DNA of 64,000 nucleotides from NCBI GenBank assembly GCA_930990515.1, contig CAKNPS010000001.1, positions 295,280 to 359,279 of the forward strand, read 5' to 3'. The notes beneath the pieces were generated by a model. The model did no database searches and had not been told where the DNA came from. It was given only the letters and a program-made list of their open reading frames with translations. Within the stretch, counting starts at the first letter, position 1. The number at the start of each line of letters is the position of its first letter. This DNA comes from an uncultured Clostridia bacterium. Its GTDB lineage: Bacteria > Bacillota > Clostridia > Christensenellales > UBA1242. A program made the translations under genes and the position numbers. Shown here piece after piece: positions 37,862 through 47,658 of this stretch.

Positions 37862-38319
37862 AGCCCCACCTCACACATAATCTTGTCTTGAAGTTTGTTC
37901 ATTATTTTTTCATCTTCTTCTTTGATGTGGTCAAAACCAAGAAGATGAAGAAGTCCGTGAAGAGCCAAAAAGCACACTTCTCGTTTAAGAGAATGTTCAT
38001 AAACACTAGCTTGTTTTTTAGCCACTTCTTTGCAAATTACGATATCTCCCAAAAAGAGAAGTCCAGTATCAAAATCGGCAAATTTCATAAATTTTTTCAA
38101 TTTTTCATTTGGAGTTTTGTTCAAATTTGGAAAAGACAAAACATCTGTAACTTTATCAATTTGACGAAATTCTTTGTTCAATCTTTGAATTTCATTTCCT
38201 TCCACAAAATTAATCGAAAAATAAACATTAGAAAAGTCTTCTTTTAAAACTTTTTCACAAATATTGGCAATTTTTTTAATTTTTGGCTTATAAAATCCAA
38301 TTTTCCCTTCGATTTTCAT
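37858..38319 (-). CDS. ybeY: rRNA maturation endoribonuclease YbeY
   Basis: HGLLHLLGFDH zinc motif. Its stop overlaps the era start. Confidence 0.9.
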   Translation of the reverse strand: MKIEGKIGFYKPKIKKIANICEKVLKEDFSNVYFSINFVEGNEIQRLNKEFRQIDKVTDVLSFPNLNKTPNEKLKKFMKFADFDTGLLFLGDIVICKEVAKKQASVYEHSLKREVCFLALHGLLHLLGFDHIKEEDEKIMNKLQDKIMCEVGL

Positions 38320-38365
38320 ATTTTCCTCTAAATAATTTTGTCCCTATTAAATTTTTAAAACAAGA

Positions 38366-39481
38366 TTAATTTTCTTGTATTATTTCTTCCACAATAACAT
38401 AGTCAACAACCGTTGCACTAGATATATGTTTAAGTGTATAGAATTCATCAACTATTGTATCATAATTTTCACAATTTTCCAAGGCTTTTTCTCTGGCTTC
38501 TGTAATAATTTTTTCAGAAACTTCTTCAAATTCTTCATTTATCACAACTTCTTCAAGTTCATAGATGGTTGTTCTTTTCAATTTAAAAGGCAAAAGATTG
38601 TTTTTCACCAAATCTTCATATTCAACACGTGTTTCGCTTCTTGAATAATTTACATCTTCTCCATTTTTATAAATTGTCAACCCAAAAAGTTGGATTTCAT
38701 CAATAACCTTAAATTCCCCCGTTCTTACAACTTCCACACGCGTGTCAAAATGAGTTATTTCAGCGGTATGATAAACTTCCATCTTTATCTCTGCATCTGC
38801 TTCCACTTTTTGTAAATTTCCAGAACTATCAAGATAATAAGGTTGAACCAAAATATCTCCTTCATTGACATAATCGCCAATGGAAACTTCTGCCGTTCCA
38901 GAAACAATACTTATTTCTGTAATTTTACCATCATGTTGAGAATATATTGGCTGAAATTCGCCATACATTTCATCAGGCATTAAACGTTCTTTGATGTTAA
39001 TAACAAGTGTTTGTCCTTTGACCATAACAGAAACAAAACTTATTTTCTCAAAATTTTTATATAAAGCATTTTCAACTTCAAGTATATCCAATTTATTTTT
39101 ATTTTGAGAAAAATTATCTTCAATAAACAAGACAATTTCTTCTTTATTTAAACTTTCTGTTCCCAATATCTCATACTGCAATATTATTGGTGATTGAATA
39201 GTATAAAGAATAAAAGCAAGTAAAATTGCAAAAATTACACCAAAATTGCATAAATTTTTAAAAATAAATGGTAAAAAACCGCTATTTTTCTCTTCTACAA
39301 TTTCATAACCTAACTTGGTTAATTCCTTTTTAACATTTTTATGATAGCGAAAATCAACAGAAAATTGAGTCAAATTTTTTTCTATTCTTTCTGTGTCATA
39401 AATTGCAAATTTTTTTGATAAGATGTTTAAGCTTTTTTCAATATTAAGACCTTTAATTTTGAAAATTGATTTTCCGAACAT
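38366..39481 (-). CDS. yqfD: Sporulation protein YqfD
   Basis: 371 aa with one central TM segment and YqfD-like layout. Its start overlaps the yqfC stop, as in the Bacillus yqfC-yqfD pair. Confidence 0.75.
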   Translation of the reverse strand: MFGKSIFKIKGLNIEKSLNILSKKFAIYDTERIEKNLTQFSVDFRYHKNVKKELTKLGYEIVEEKNSGFLPFIFKNLCNFGVIFAILLAFILYTIQSPIILQYEILGTESLNKEEIVLFIEDNFSQNKNKLDILEVENALYKNFEKISFVSVMVKGQTLVINIKERLMPDEMYGEFQPIYSQHDGKITEISIVSGTAEVSIGDYVNEGDILVQPYYLDSSGNLQKVEADAEIKMEVYHTAEITHFDTRVEVVRTGEFKVIDEIQLFGLTIYKNGEDVNYSRSETRVEYEDLVKNNLLPFKLKRTTIYELEEVVINEEFEEVSEKIITEAREKALENCENYDTIVDEFYTLKHISSATVVDYVIVEEIIQEN

Positions 39482-39738
39482 TAAAAACTTTCCACCTTTT
39501 TTATGTTTCCAGAAATTTTGATAGTATTTTCAGTAAGTTCCATTAAGAACATATCACTCCCTTCAATAACGATTCTTCCGCCTTTAATTTTAAAAGCAAT
39601 CACGTCTTTGGAGAGTGTGACAAGCCCTTTATGTCCTTCGGCATAAATAATTTTGTTGGAAATGTTTATTATATTAAAATTTTCCAACTTATTTAATTCT
39701 TTTACATTGTTTTTAAGTTCTCCAAAAAAATTAAACAT
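39481..39738 (-). CDS. yqfC: Sporulation protein YqfC (YabP/YqfC family)
   Basis: 85 aa. ..IIYAEGHKGLVTLSKDVIAFKIKGGRIVIEGSDMFLMELTENTIKISGNIKKVE. Confidence 0.8.
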   Translation of the reverse strand: MFNFFGELKNNVKELNKLENFNIINISNKIIYAEGHKGLVTLSKDVIAFKIKGGRIVIEGSDMFLMELTENTIKISGNIKKVESF

Positions 39739-39786
39739 CTTAATTACCTAACATATAATATGTTTGTTTTTATTAAAAAAGACTGC

Positions 39787-40812
39787 CTAATTTGTTTTAT
39801 AAAATTTTAATCTATTAATAAAATTCTGAAAAATTGGTAAAGATGTAAATATAACTATTATAATTGTTAACATAAAGCATATTATTAAAATTAAGAATAA
39901 ATGCAATGTTGAAAGTGACAAAAACTTATTAAGAAACAATATAATTATTGGATGCAATAAATATATTGATAGCGTTCGTTTACCAATATTATATGGAGAT
40001 ATAATATTGTAAAATCCCCCCCCCGCATAAATATTTTCATCGTTCTTCATTGGAGTAAGAATTAAAATAGAAAGCGAAGTTAAAAATGCCAGTATGTAAA
40101 TAATCAACCTAATAGGAAAATCATAAATATTACTATATGGGGTGCTACCATAAAAGAAATCTATATCAAATTTTGAAGCTAAGAGAAACAAAACTATAAA
40201 AAGTAAAATTAAATAAACTATAGATAATATTTTGAAAATAGGCTTTTTTAATTCTTTTATTTTTTCAGTAAACTTTTCTTTATTTTCACCAAAATATTTA
40301 CCTAGTAAAAAGAATGGAAAAAAATAAATTATTCTACTTAAGGAAAGTGGAGTCGATATAAAAGGAACAAAGCCCAAAATTAAGGATAAAATAACTAAAG
40401 CACAAATTAATTTTATGTTTATTTTTTTTATAAATTTTAAAGTAAATATCCAAAAAGCTAGAGCAAGCAAATACCATAATGTCCATTGAGGTGCAAAAAT
40501 AAACCCAAGGATATCTATAAACGAATATTGTGATTTTGGAGCAATTATTGTTAAAGACAAAATTATATGAATTATTTGTAACAGCAAATACAAAAAAAGA
40601 TAGTTGTAACATTTGCTTTTATTATATTTAGCAAAGAAGCCTGAAACAAAAACAAATAATGGCATATGAAATGAATATATAAATAAATATATTGACTTAA
40701 TTAATGGAAAATCAATATATTTTTCAATTATATGACCAAATACAACTAAAAAAATTAATATAAATTTTAATATATCAAAATATGCAAAATTTCGTTTTTT
40801 AGACAGCTCCAT
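39787..40812 (-). CDS. Acyltransferase family 3 membrane protein (O-acyltransferase type)
   Basis: FDILKFILIFLVVFGHI N-terminal motif, about 10 TM spans, 341 aa. Confidence 0.8.
   Translation of the reverse strand: MELSKKRNFAYFDILKFILIFLVVFGHIIEKYIDFPLIKSIYLFIYSFHMPLFVFVSGFFAKYNKSKCYNYLFLYLLLQIIHIILSLTIIAPKSQYSFIDILGFIFAPQWTLWYLLALAFWIFTLKFIKKINIKLICALVILSLILGFVPFISTPLSLSRIIYFFPFFLLGKYFGENKEKFTEKIKELKKPIFKILSIVYLILLFIVLFLLASKFDIDFFYGSTPYSNIYDFPIRLIIYILAFLTSLSILILTPMKNDENIYAGGGFYNIISPYNIGKRTLSIYLLHPIIILFLNKFLSLSTLHLFLILIICFMLTIIIVIFTSLPIFQNFINRLKFYKTN
40016..40024 (-). repeat. G9 homopolymer (coding sense) inside the acyltransferase gene
   Basis: Plus strand C9 across 40016-40024. Encodes A-G-G-G (GCG GGG GGG GGA) at about codon 263 of 341. 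Confidence 0.9.
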
Positions 40813-40819
40813 ATTTTTC

Positions 40820-41425
40820 CTAATCTTTATGTTTGGATAATAAAATAGTTAATAACTTATCTTTAAGTTCAACTGGCATTTTATCTAAAAGGTCAGATAT
40901 ATCCATTTTTTTATCAAAAAAATCTTTTTTAAAATCATCTAATGAATACTCTTTTTCAATTTTCCTATCAAAATGTCTTTCTTCCCTAAAACGACTTTGA
41001 AACTCTTCATTTTCTTTCTTACGCCTTGCTAAAAATTCTTGATAACTTTTTTCAATGTCTGCAAAATCATCATCGTCATCTTCTTCATCGTCTTCTTCGT
41101 CTTCTTCGTCTTCGTCACCAAAAATATTTCCAGCATCAAAATGTGTCATTTTGTTGCTCATTGGAAAGTCTTGCTTCGCCATAGGTTTAGAAGACCCCCT
41201 CCTTACCATATTCATTGCTTCAGTAACCTTTTTTGGTGGTGTTATATCTTTTAATTCAAAATCTTCAAAGATAGGTTTAACTTCTTCCACTTCTTCAATT
41301 GGTGGTTGAACAATCTGTTGCTGAATTTTGATTGGTTTATTTATGACTTTTTTATTTTTTTTCTCATTATTTACTCTTTTCTCAATATGTGTTTTTTTTG
41401 AAAAAACTTCTTTAATCTTCATCAT
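40820..41425 (-). CDS. Hypothetical highly acidic protein, translationally coupled to floA
   Basis: ATG 41425 overlaps the floA stop (GATGATGAAGATTAA). Contains the run DEDEEDEEDDEEDDDDD. No family recognised. Confidence 0.5.
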   Translation of the reverse strand: MMKIKEVFSKKTHIEKRVNNEKKNKKVINKPIKIQQQIVQPPIEEVEEVKPIFEDFELKDITPPKKVTEAMNMVRRGSSKPMAKQDFPMSNKMTHFDAGNIFGDEDEEDEEDDEEDDDDDFADIEKSYQEFLARRKKENEEFQSRFREERHFDRKIEKEYSLDDFKKDFFDKKMDISDLLDKMPVELKDKLLTILLSKHKD

Positions 41426-42425
41426 CAAAATCCTCGCTAGTTTCATTTTCATTTAAGCCTAAACCACCAGCAAGTCTATTACGCATTTCAGTGTCAGCAC
41501 GCAAATTTTGGACTTTATAAAAATCTGTTAACTTATCAAATTGCCCTTCATTGATTGCTTTTGTAAGTGATTCTGGGACTTCCATTTCTTTTTCAATAAG
41601 TTTAGCCTTCATTTCTTCTGTTCTTGCTTTCATTTCTTGTTCAACAGCAACTGCGGTTAATCTTCTCGCTTCCAATCTATTTTGTTCAATAAGCCGATTT
41701 TTTTCAATAATTTCTTTTTCACGGCTTATTGCTAAATTTTTCCCTAAAGAAACTTCAATAACATCAGCAGAAACAATTTCATAATAATTGCCACTGTCAG
41801 CTTCTGCTTCATAAATAACCTTAGCCAAAATTTGAGGAGTGCTTAAAATAAATTTATGGTCGCGAGTAGAAGAAATTTTAGCAAGAACGCATTCATTGAT
41901 TCTAGCAAAAATTGTTTCTTCATTTAAAGTGGAAAAAATATTTTTTAAATTCACTTTAAGTGTCAATCTAACTTTAACATTAAGTTCTTGTAAATCTCCG
42001 CAAACACCAGTTATATATTGAGAATCAACCACCTTAGAATTTAAACATTCCTTAACAAAAGTATTGATATCTTTTCCAGAGAGATAAAGTTTTTGAATTG
42101 TCTCAAATTTATAGTTAATTCCCGCATTTTTGCAAGCAATAAAGCCTTCAATCACTTTATTGTAATCACATTTAATCGCATACATATTTTCAATATCATT
42201 AATAGTGACAGTAACTTTTCCGCGTTTTCCTTTGATATACGCATTCACCATATCAAAAACAGGCATTTTACGAAAACGCATTGTCATAAGTTTTCTTGCT
42301 GAAACATACGCCCCAGAAAACATTGCTGTAAAATATGATTTTGCTGGAACCAAAATGAAAAATAAAGCAAGTGCAATCGCTAAAACGCTCAAAATTACTA
42401 TTAAGGCAATAATACCACCACTCAT
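41412..42425 (-). CDS. floA: Flotillin-like protein FloA (YqfA/UPF0365)
   Basis: Start at ATG 42425 behind AAGGAG. Collinear with recalled B. subtilis FloA (..RRLTAVAVEQEMKARTEEMKAKLIEKEMEVP..ADTEMR). Confidence 0.9.
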   Translation of the reverse strand: MSGGIIALIVILSVLAIALALFFILVPAKSYFTAMFSGAYVSARKLMTMRFRKMPVFDMVNAYIKGKRGKVTVTINDIENMYAIKCDYNKVIEGFIACKNAGINYKFETIQKLYLSGKDINTFVKECLNSKVVDSQYITGVCGDLQELNVKVRLTLKVNLKNIFSTLNEETIFARINECVLAKISSTRDHKFILSTPQILAKVIYEAEADSGNYYEIVSADVIEVSLGKNLAISREKEIIEKNRLIEQNRLEARRLTAVAVEQEMKARTEEMKAKLIEKEMEVPESLTKAINEGQFDKLTDFYKVQNLRADTEMRNRLAGGLGLNENETSEDFDDED

Positions 42426-42606
42426 TTTAAACTCCTTTATATTTATTATTATATCATATACTAAAAGGTTTGTAAATACCTTTCTCGATGACAAATTTTA
42501 AATAAATTAAAAAAAGTCAAAATTTTCATAATAAAATAAAAAAGAACTTTGTATAAATACAAAATTCTTTTACTAAATTATAAAATTTTTAGATATTCTA
42601 ATTAAA

Positions 42607-44640
42607 TTAGTTCCAATAGTCAGTTGTTGTCCAGTTGATTCCCACTTTAAAGTTGTAATTAATATCTTCAAGCCCTTTAACCTTTTCAACATCAAAATAA
42701 ATTTCAATGTAATCTGTCTTTCCATTAAACATATCAGGATTAAATGTGGCATATTGCCCATACGAAGCGGAATCATTCATACGATAATATTTTCTTGCCT
42801 GCGATTCTCCGTCAATGCGAATGACACTGACACCTTCTTCAATTTCTTCGCCGTTTTCACGAGCATTCAAAACGCCATTATCAATATTATTATCAAAAGT
42901 CATTCTTGCAGGAATTGGATCAATTTGAATAATACCATCATAGCCTTCCAAATACTCAGAATTTGCAAAATAAACCAAATTTTTATCTGGATCATCACCT
43001 GTTGTAAGGACATTGCTATTCTCAATAGTAACTCTTGTTGGAGAATACTGAGTTAAAGTGTTTTCCGTGCAATTATAATAATTAATTCCTACATTAATAG
43101 TAATTTCGTCAAGATATGTTAAACTTTGGTCTGTTGTCCCAGTATTATAATATTGGAAAGTTAAAAGTAAGTCTTTTAAATAAATATTTTCTCCAACTTG
43201 ATCAGGTAAAAGTTCTAAAGAAATGCACTGATATTGTGCTTCTGGAACATATTCGAGCGATAAATCACCAAATTCATTTACAGGACTTTCGTCAGTTTGT
43301 TGAACAAGAAATGTGTTGCCAGAATAGTCAACGATTTCGGAAATTGGGAATGGCTCATCAATATTCACTTCACCATCTCCATCTGTTCCACCAATCAAAA
43401 CTTGTTCACAAGCATAATTAATGATATTTTCAAGAACTTGTTCATATTCTCTATCTAAAGTTAAAGTGTTCGATGTATTAGAAGAAGTGGTAACTGAAGT
43501 AAATGTAATATCAAACGTAGAATCATATTCGCCATCAGCATTTTTCTCAACACCAATAACTTTATCTAAAATAAATCTCTGAATCTGTTCTTTGTTTGTG
43601 CCAGAAAGACCAATGTAAACACCAACATCTTCATATAAATTTTTTGCTCTTTGAAGCGCATCAGCAACAGGAATATTGCTATCTTCCCAACCCCCAACAT
43701 AAACCTTAGGAACATTGATAGAATAGCCACTTTCAGTTATTTGGACTGGTCTAATTTCAAAGTTAAAGTAAGGAGTATCTTCAGTATTTTCTGAGCCATC
43801 TCTATTTTGATAATCATAGCCCAAAACAAACATATATGTTGCATATTCAAGTGCGTCTTGATAATCATTCAACGCAGTGATTGCATTACCTGTTAGTCCT
43901 TCAACATATTGTTGATAATATGGTGAAGAATAATATGAAATTAACGAAGTTTCTTCATCATAGATTTCATTTCCATAATAAAATTTACTATAATCATCAG
44001 GTGTTCCTAAAATTTCTATCGGATTACTATAAATAGCGCCAAAAACATCAGTTGGTAATTGTATAGTTATCGTTCTATTTGTCGCATCGTAACTATATGT
44101 AGAATCAGTATCTCCAATCGCGCTTTCTCCTGTAAAAATTGCTAATGAATAAATATAATCTTGAGCATTACTTAATGTTCCTGTACTATTTCCAACATAG
44201 TTTTCAAAACCAAAATCCCAGCCATCTAAATTTATAACAATAGTTGCTGAAGTGCCAGAATCATTTGTAGTTGTTGTTATTCTTTCAATATTATATCTAA
44301 TACTATCATTTAAATATAATTTATTTTCATCTGAAAGAGATGGTAAACTTGTATTATTAAACAGTTGCTCTTGCTGTTGTTCAGATAATGTAGAAAATGC
44401 TGAATAAGATTGATAAATATACGAAAGGGTACTTCTCGCAAACAAATTGTAAAAATATTCAGAATTCCCATCAACCAAATCAGAAATCTCATAATCACTT
44501 GGTTTTCGCAAAACTTTTACATTTTGAACGACATAAGGCGTGCCACCAGATTCTCCCGAACCAACAGTGCCATCACACCCTACAAGGCAAAACATCATTA
44601 AACATAAAACTATTGACAAAACTCTATATTTAACTTTCAT
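42607..44640 (-). CDS. Large lipoprotein of unknown function (about 678 aa)
   Basis: Start at MKVKYRVLSIVLCLMMFCLVGC (lipobox). No recognisable domain. Confidence 0.7.
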   Translation of the reverse strand: MKVKYRVLSIVLCLMMFCLVGCDGTVGSGESGGTPYVVQNVKVLRKPSDYEISDLVDGNSEYFYNLFARSTLSYIYQSYSAFSTLSEQQQEQLFNNTSLPSLSDENKLYLNDSIRYNIERITTTTNDSGTSATIVINLDGWDFGFENYVGNSTGTLSNAQDYIYSLAIFTGESAIGDTDSTYSYDATNRTITIQLPTDVFGAIYSNPIEILGTPDDYSKFYYGNEIYDEETSLISYYSSPYYQQYVEGLTGNAITALNDYQDALEYATYMFVLGYDYQNRDGSENTEDTPYFNFEIRPVQITESGYSINVPKVYVGGWEDSNIPVADALQRAKNLYEDVGVYIGLSGTNKEQIQRFILDKVIGVEKNADGEYDSTFDITFTSVTTSSNTSNTLTLDREYEQVLENIINYACEQVLIGGTDGDGEVNIDEPFPISEIVDYSGNTFLVQQTDESPVNEFGDLSLEYVPEAQYQCISLELLPDQVGENIYLKDLLLTFQYYNTGTTDQSLTYLDEITINVGINYYNCTENTLTQYSPTRVTIENSNVLTTGDDPDKNLVYFANSEYLEGYDGIIQIDPIPARMTFDNNIDNGVLNARENGEEIEEGVSVIRIDGESQARKYYRMNDSASYGQYATFNPDMFNGKTDYIEIYFDVEKVKGLEDINYNFKVGINWTTTDYWN

Positions 44641-44699
44641 ATAAATAGTATAACACAATCTAAAATAAAAAAACAAGAAAAAATTTCTTGTTTTTAAAA

Positions 44700-45950
44700 T
44701 TATAATATAATTGTAGGTTCTTTACTTTTTTGTTTAGCATTTTGAATACTTTTACTTATATCTTCATTATAATCAATCTTATCAACGTTTGTTATAAGTT
44801 TTGAACCATTTTCTTGTATAACAACATAAGTATGACCATCTTGTATATCTTTTTCATAATTCATAATATTATTAACCCAGCCTGCACCTAAAACGCCTGA
44901 AGATCGGACTTCTCTGTTGTCTATTGAAATTTCAGAGTCACCAAAAGTAATAACCTTCATATCAATTTTATAATGATTACCTATATCATATCCTGCTGGT
45001 TCAGAAGTTCCGTTTTGAAATAGTATAAGAGAATTTTGAGGTTTTTGCTCATTTAAATATGCTAAATCGACACATTTATCTAAAAATTCTTTGTCGTTTT
45101 GATCTACATCAATTGTAAAATAGTCTTCGGTAGCATAATCTAAATTAGAAACTTTATAATCATATTCTGTTCTTGTTATATCTAAAGGACGAAGTGCATT
45201 AAGATTTTGTTCCAATATTTCAAAACTATTTGAATTTAAATCCATTGGAATTTGAACTATTTTAAAACATTTATCATTTTCAGTTTCTGGTTCTTCATAT
45301 TCACATAAAGATGCTATCGTATATTCATTATCTTGATCACTATAATTTGTAAATAAATGTTCTACTGTAGAAAATTTACCATAATAATTTTCATACAAAG
45401 TTGTAAGATTTGTGGCTGTCATAGTTTTTGTTTTTAAAAAAGTTTCAACTGTTTCATAAAGTTCATCTGACTTGAATGTTTTAATTGGATTACCATTTTC
45501 GTCACGAATAAAATCATCACCACTTGCACTTACTGTATATCCATAAATTGAATCAAATGCTTCAATAAGTTCTTCTCTTGAAGGCTTATCAGGTTCTGGT
45601 GGATTTACTGGCTCCTCTGGTTCCTCAATTGGCGGGTTATCAGGATCTTCTTTTCCATCATCTGGATCTTCTTTGTCTGGATCTTCTGGTTCTTCAATTG
45701 GTGGATTTTCCGGATCTTCCTTGCCATCATCAGGGTCTTGTTTTCCATCGTCTGGATCTTCAATGCTAGGATCATCTGGATCAATAATTGGATCATCTGG
45801 CTCTGGGTCTGGAACTGGTGTTACAATTTCGTGATCATTATCGTCATCAAAATTGCAAGCAGTAAGCCCTACCGTAAAACCTATTGTACTAACTGCCATA
45901 AAAGCCCCTAAAACAATAGTTCCTAATTTCTTTAAAAAACCTTTCTTCAT
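44700..45950 (-). CDS. Lipoprotein with Pro/Asp/Glu-rich tandem-repeat linker
   Basis: Signal and lipobox GLTAC. Residues 34-122 are PD/PE-rich, and DPDDGKEDP(E/D)NPPIEEPE occurs twice. Confidence 0.7.
   Translation of the reverse strand: MKKGFLKKLGTIVLGAFMAVSTIGFTVGLTACNFDDDNDHEIVTPVPDPEPDDPIIDPDDPSIEDPDDGKQDPDDGKEDPENPPIEEPEDPDKEDPDDGKEDPDNPPIEEPEEPVNPPEPDKPSREELIEAFDSIYGYTVSASGDDFIRDENGNPIKTFKSDELYETVETFLKTKTMTATNLTTLYENYYGKFSTVEHLFTNYSDQDNEYTIASLCEYEEPETENDKCFKIVQIPMDLNSNSFEILEQNLNALRPLDITRTEYDYKVSNLDYATEDYFTIDVDQNDKEFLDKCVDLAYLNEQKPQNSLILFQNGTSEPAGYDIGNHYKIDMKVITFGDSEISIDNREVRSSGVLGAGWVNNIMNYEKDIQDGHTYVVIQENGSKLITNVDKIDYNEDISKSIQNAKQKSKEPTIIL
45585..45851 (-). repeat. Coding low-complexity / tandem repeat (ggatcttc-type units)
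   Basis: Encodes the acidic proline-rich linker. It also generates the artefactual ORFs 45578..45769(+) and 45605..45796(-). Confidence 0.8.
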
Positions 45951-46109
45951 AATTTTCTCCTTTTCTCTTTTAAATCCTCTTTCAATAATATTTTATCATA
46001 TATATTTTCAATTTGCAATAAATAAATTAAAAATTTTTGTTAAACTTTCAATATTTTACAAAAATTAAACTAAAATCAATAAAAAAATCGCCATACAAAA
46101 GTATAGCGA

Positions 46110-46949
46110 TTAAACTTCTCTACTTCGCATAGAGTAAAAAAGATATTGTTGTGCATATCCTGATAAATTTCCAAATTCTTTTACTAAATTTTCTCTAATT
46201 TTTTCTCTGTTTGGAACAATTTGACTATTAGAACAGTAAAATTTAACATACATTTTCTCAATCCAAGTATCAACTGGAAAAACATCTTGTCTTCCGTACC
46301 CAAAAAGAAGAACGCAGTCAGCAACTTTTGGCCCAATGCCTGAAAGAGAAATGAGTTTATTTCTTAAGTCTTTAGTATCAAGTTTTTGCCACTCATTTAA
46401 AGTGTTATCATCAATTTGTCTAACAACTTTATACAGGTAGTCGGCTCTATATCCCGCTCCAATTTCTTTAAAAAATTCTACTGAAGCACCCTTTAATTGT
46501 TCACGAGTTGGAAAAGCATAAAAGTCTCCTACCTTACTTCCAAGTTTTTCTCTCAAACGCTCCAAAATCATTTGAATACGCTTGATATTGTTATTCGCTG
46601 ATACAATAAACGAAATGAGTGTTTCAAACAAATTTTGCTTTAAAATTCTTATCCCTTTTCCGAAATCAATCGGTTTTTTAAGAATAGGAAACTTTGAAAG
46701 AGTTTCTTTTATCTTTCCATAATCTGTTTTTAAATCAAAATAATTTTCAAAATAATTTGGGTGATTTGTTTTTATTATATATCCTAAAGATGTCTCAGTC
46801 ACTTTTGCTTTTTTATCAGCAGAATAAGCCAAATAACAATCGCCCATAAATTTATATGAAAAAACTTGTCCACACTCTAAAATTTCTTTTATATCAAAAT
46901 CTTCTTTCCCAAAAATTTCAATATAATCTTTTCCTATAACATAGTTCAT
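46110..46949 (-). CDS. ogg: HhH-GPD DNA glycosylase, 8-oxoguanine glycosylase (Ogg)-like
   Basis: LSGIGPKVADCVLLFGYGRQDVFPVDTW: helix-hairpin-helix with the Lys and Asp typical of OGG-type enzymes. Confidence 0.75.
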   Translation of the reverse strand: MNYVIGKDYIEIFGKEDFDIKEILECGQVFSYKFMGDCYLAYSADKKAKVTETSLGYIIKTNHPNYFENYFDLKTDYGKIKETLSKFPILKKPIDFGKGIRILKQNLFETLISFIVSANNNIKRIQMILERLREKLGSKVGDFYAFPTREQLKGASVEFFKEIGAGYRADYLYKVVRQIDDNTLNEWQKLDTKDLRNKLISLSGIGPKVADCVLLFGYGRQDVFPVDTWIEKMYVKFYCSNSQIVPNREKIRENLVKEFGNLSGYAQQYLFYSMRSREV

Positions 46950-47033
46950 AAGTTTTCCCCAAACATTAAATTTACTTAAATAAATTCCGTATGCACAAAT
47001 TCAAATTAAACCTAGTGGTTAAATTTGATAAAA

Positions 47034-47062
47034 TCTAAAAAAAGAGCGAAAAAATTCGCTCT
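47034..47062 (-). terminator. Terminator after rpmA
   Basis: Minus sense AGAGCGAA-TTTT-TTCGCTCT followed by TTTTTT. Confidence 0.8.
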
Positions 47063-47063
47063 C

Positions 47064-47336
47064 TTATTCTGCAATAACTGAAACAATTTTTTTGCCCTTG
47101 CTTTCTCCAAAACTTACTTTTCCGTCTTTGAGAGCAAAAAGTGTGTAATCTTTTCCAAGACCAACATTAGCACCTGGGTAAATCTTTGTTCCTCTTTGGC
47201 GAACAATGATTGAACCAGCAGTTACAACTTGACCAGCATATGCTTTAACGCCAAGACGCTTTGCTTGTGAATCTCTACCGTTTTTAGTGCTACCGCCACC
47301 TTTTTTATGAGCAAAAAGTTGAATATTAATAAACAT
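47064..47336 (-). CDS. rpmA: 50S ribosomal protein L27 with N-terminal propeptide
   Basis: MFINIQLF|[15 protein letters not shown]. This is the Firmicute-type extension removed by Prp. Confidence 0.95.
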   Translation of the reverse strand: MFINIQLFAHKKGGGSTKNGRDSQAKRLGVKAYAGQVVTAGSIIVRQRGTKIYPGANVGLGKDYTLFALKDGKVSFGESKGKKIVSVIAE

Positions 47337-47655
47337 CTCTTTTTACCTCCATTTTAACATAATCACCATATTGTCTAGTAATATCTTGAAGAGTTTTGAA
47401 CATTGTTTTAAGAATAAATTGTGCTTGTTCGTTATTATAGTCTTGCTTACTCAAACCAAATTTCAAATAACCATCTTTAATTTTAGTTTCAGTGTTGAGT
47501 TTTAAAACTTCATTAATTCCACAAACAGCCATTTGCGTTGCTGTGGACACTGCACTACAAACAATGTCGCTACCTTCATCTGCATAGCCAGTATGACCTG
47601 CAACTTCAAAACCAACAATATGTGATTTAAATTTCATTATAGTTATCTTAGTCAT
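47326..47655 (-). CDS. prp: Ribosomal-processing cysteine protease Prp
   Basis: [18 protein letters not shown] (His/Cys dyad). Located between rplU and rpmA. Confidence 0.85.
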   Translation of the reverse strand: MTKITIMKFKSHIVGFEVAGHTGYADEGSDIVCSAVSTATQMAVCGINEVLKLNTETKIKDGYLKFGLSKQDYNNEQAQFILKTMFKTLQDITRQYGDYVKMEVKRDVY

Positions 47656-47658
47656 AAC

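Noticed and set aside
41055-41309. 84-aa ORF with a poly-Ser run
   Set aside because: It is the antisense reading of the GAA/GAC (Glu/Asp) repeat of the acidic protein gene.
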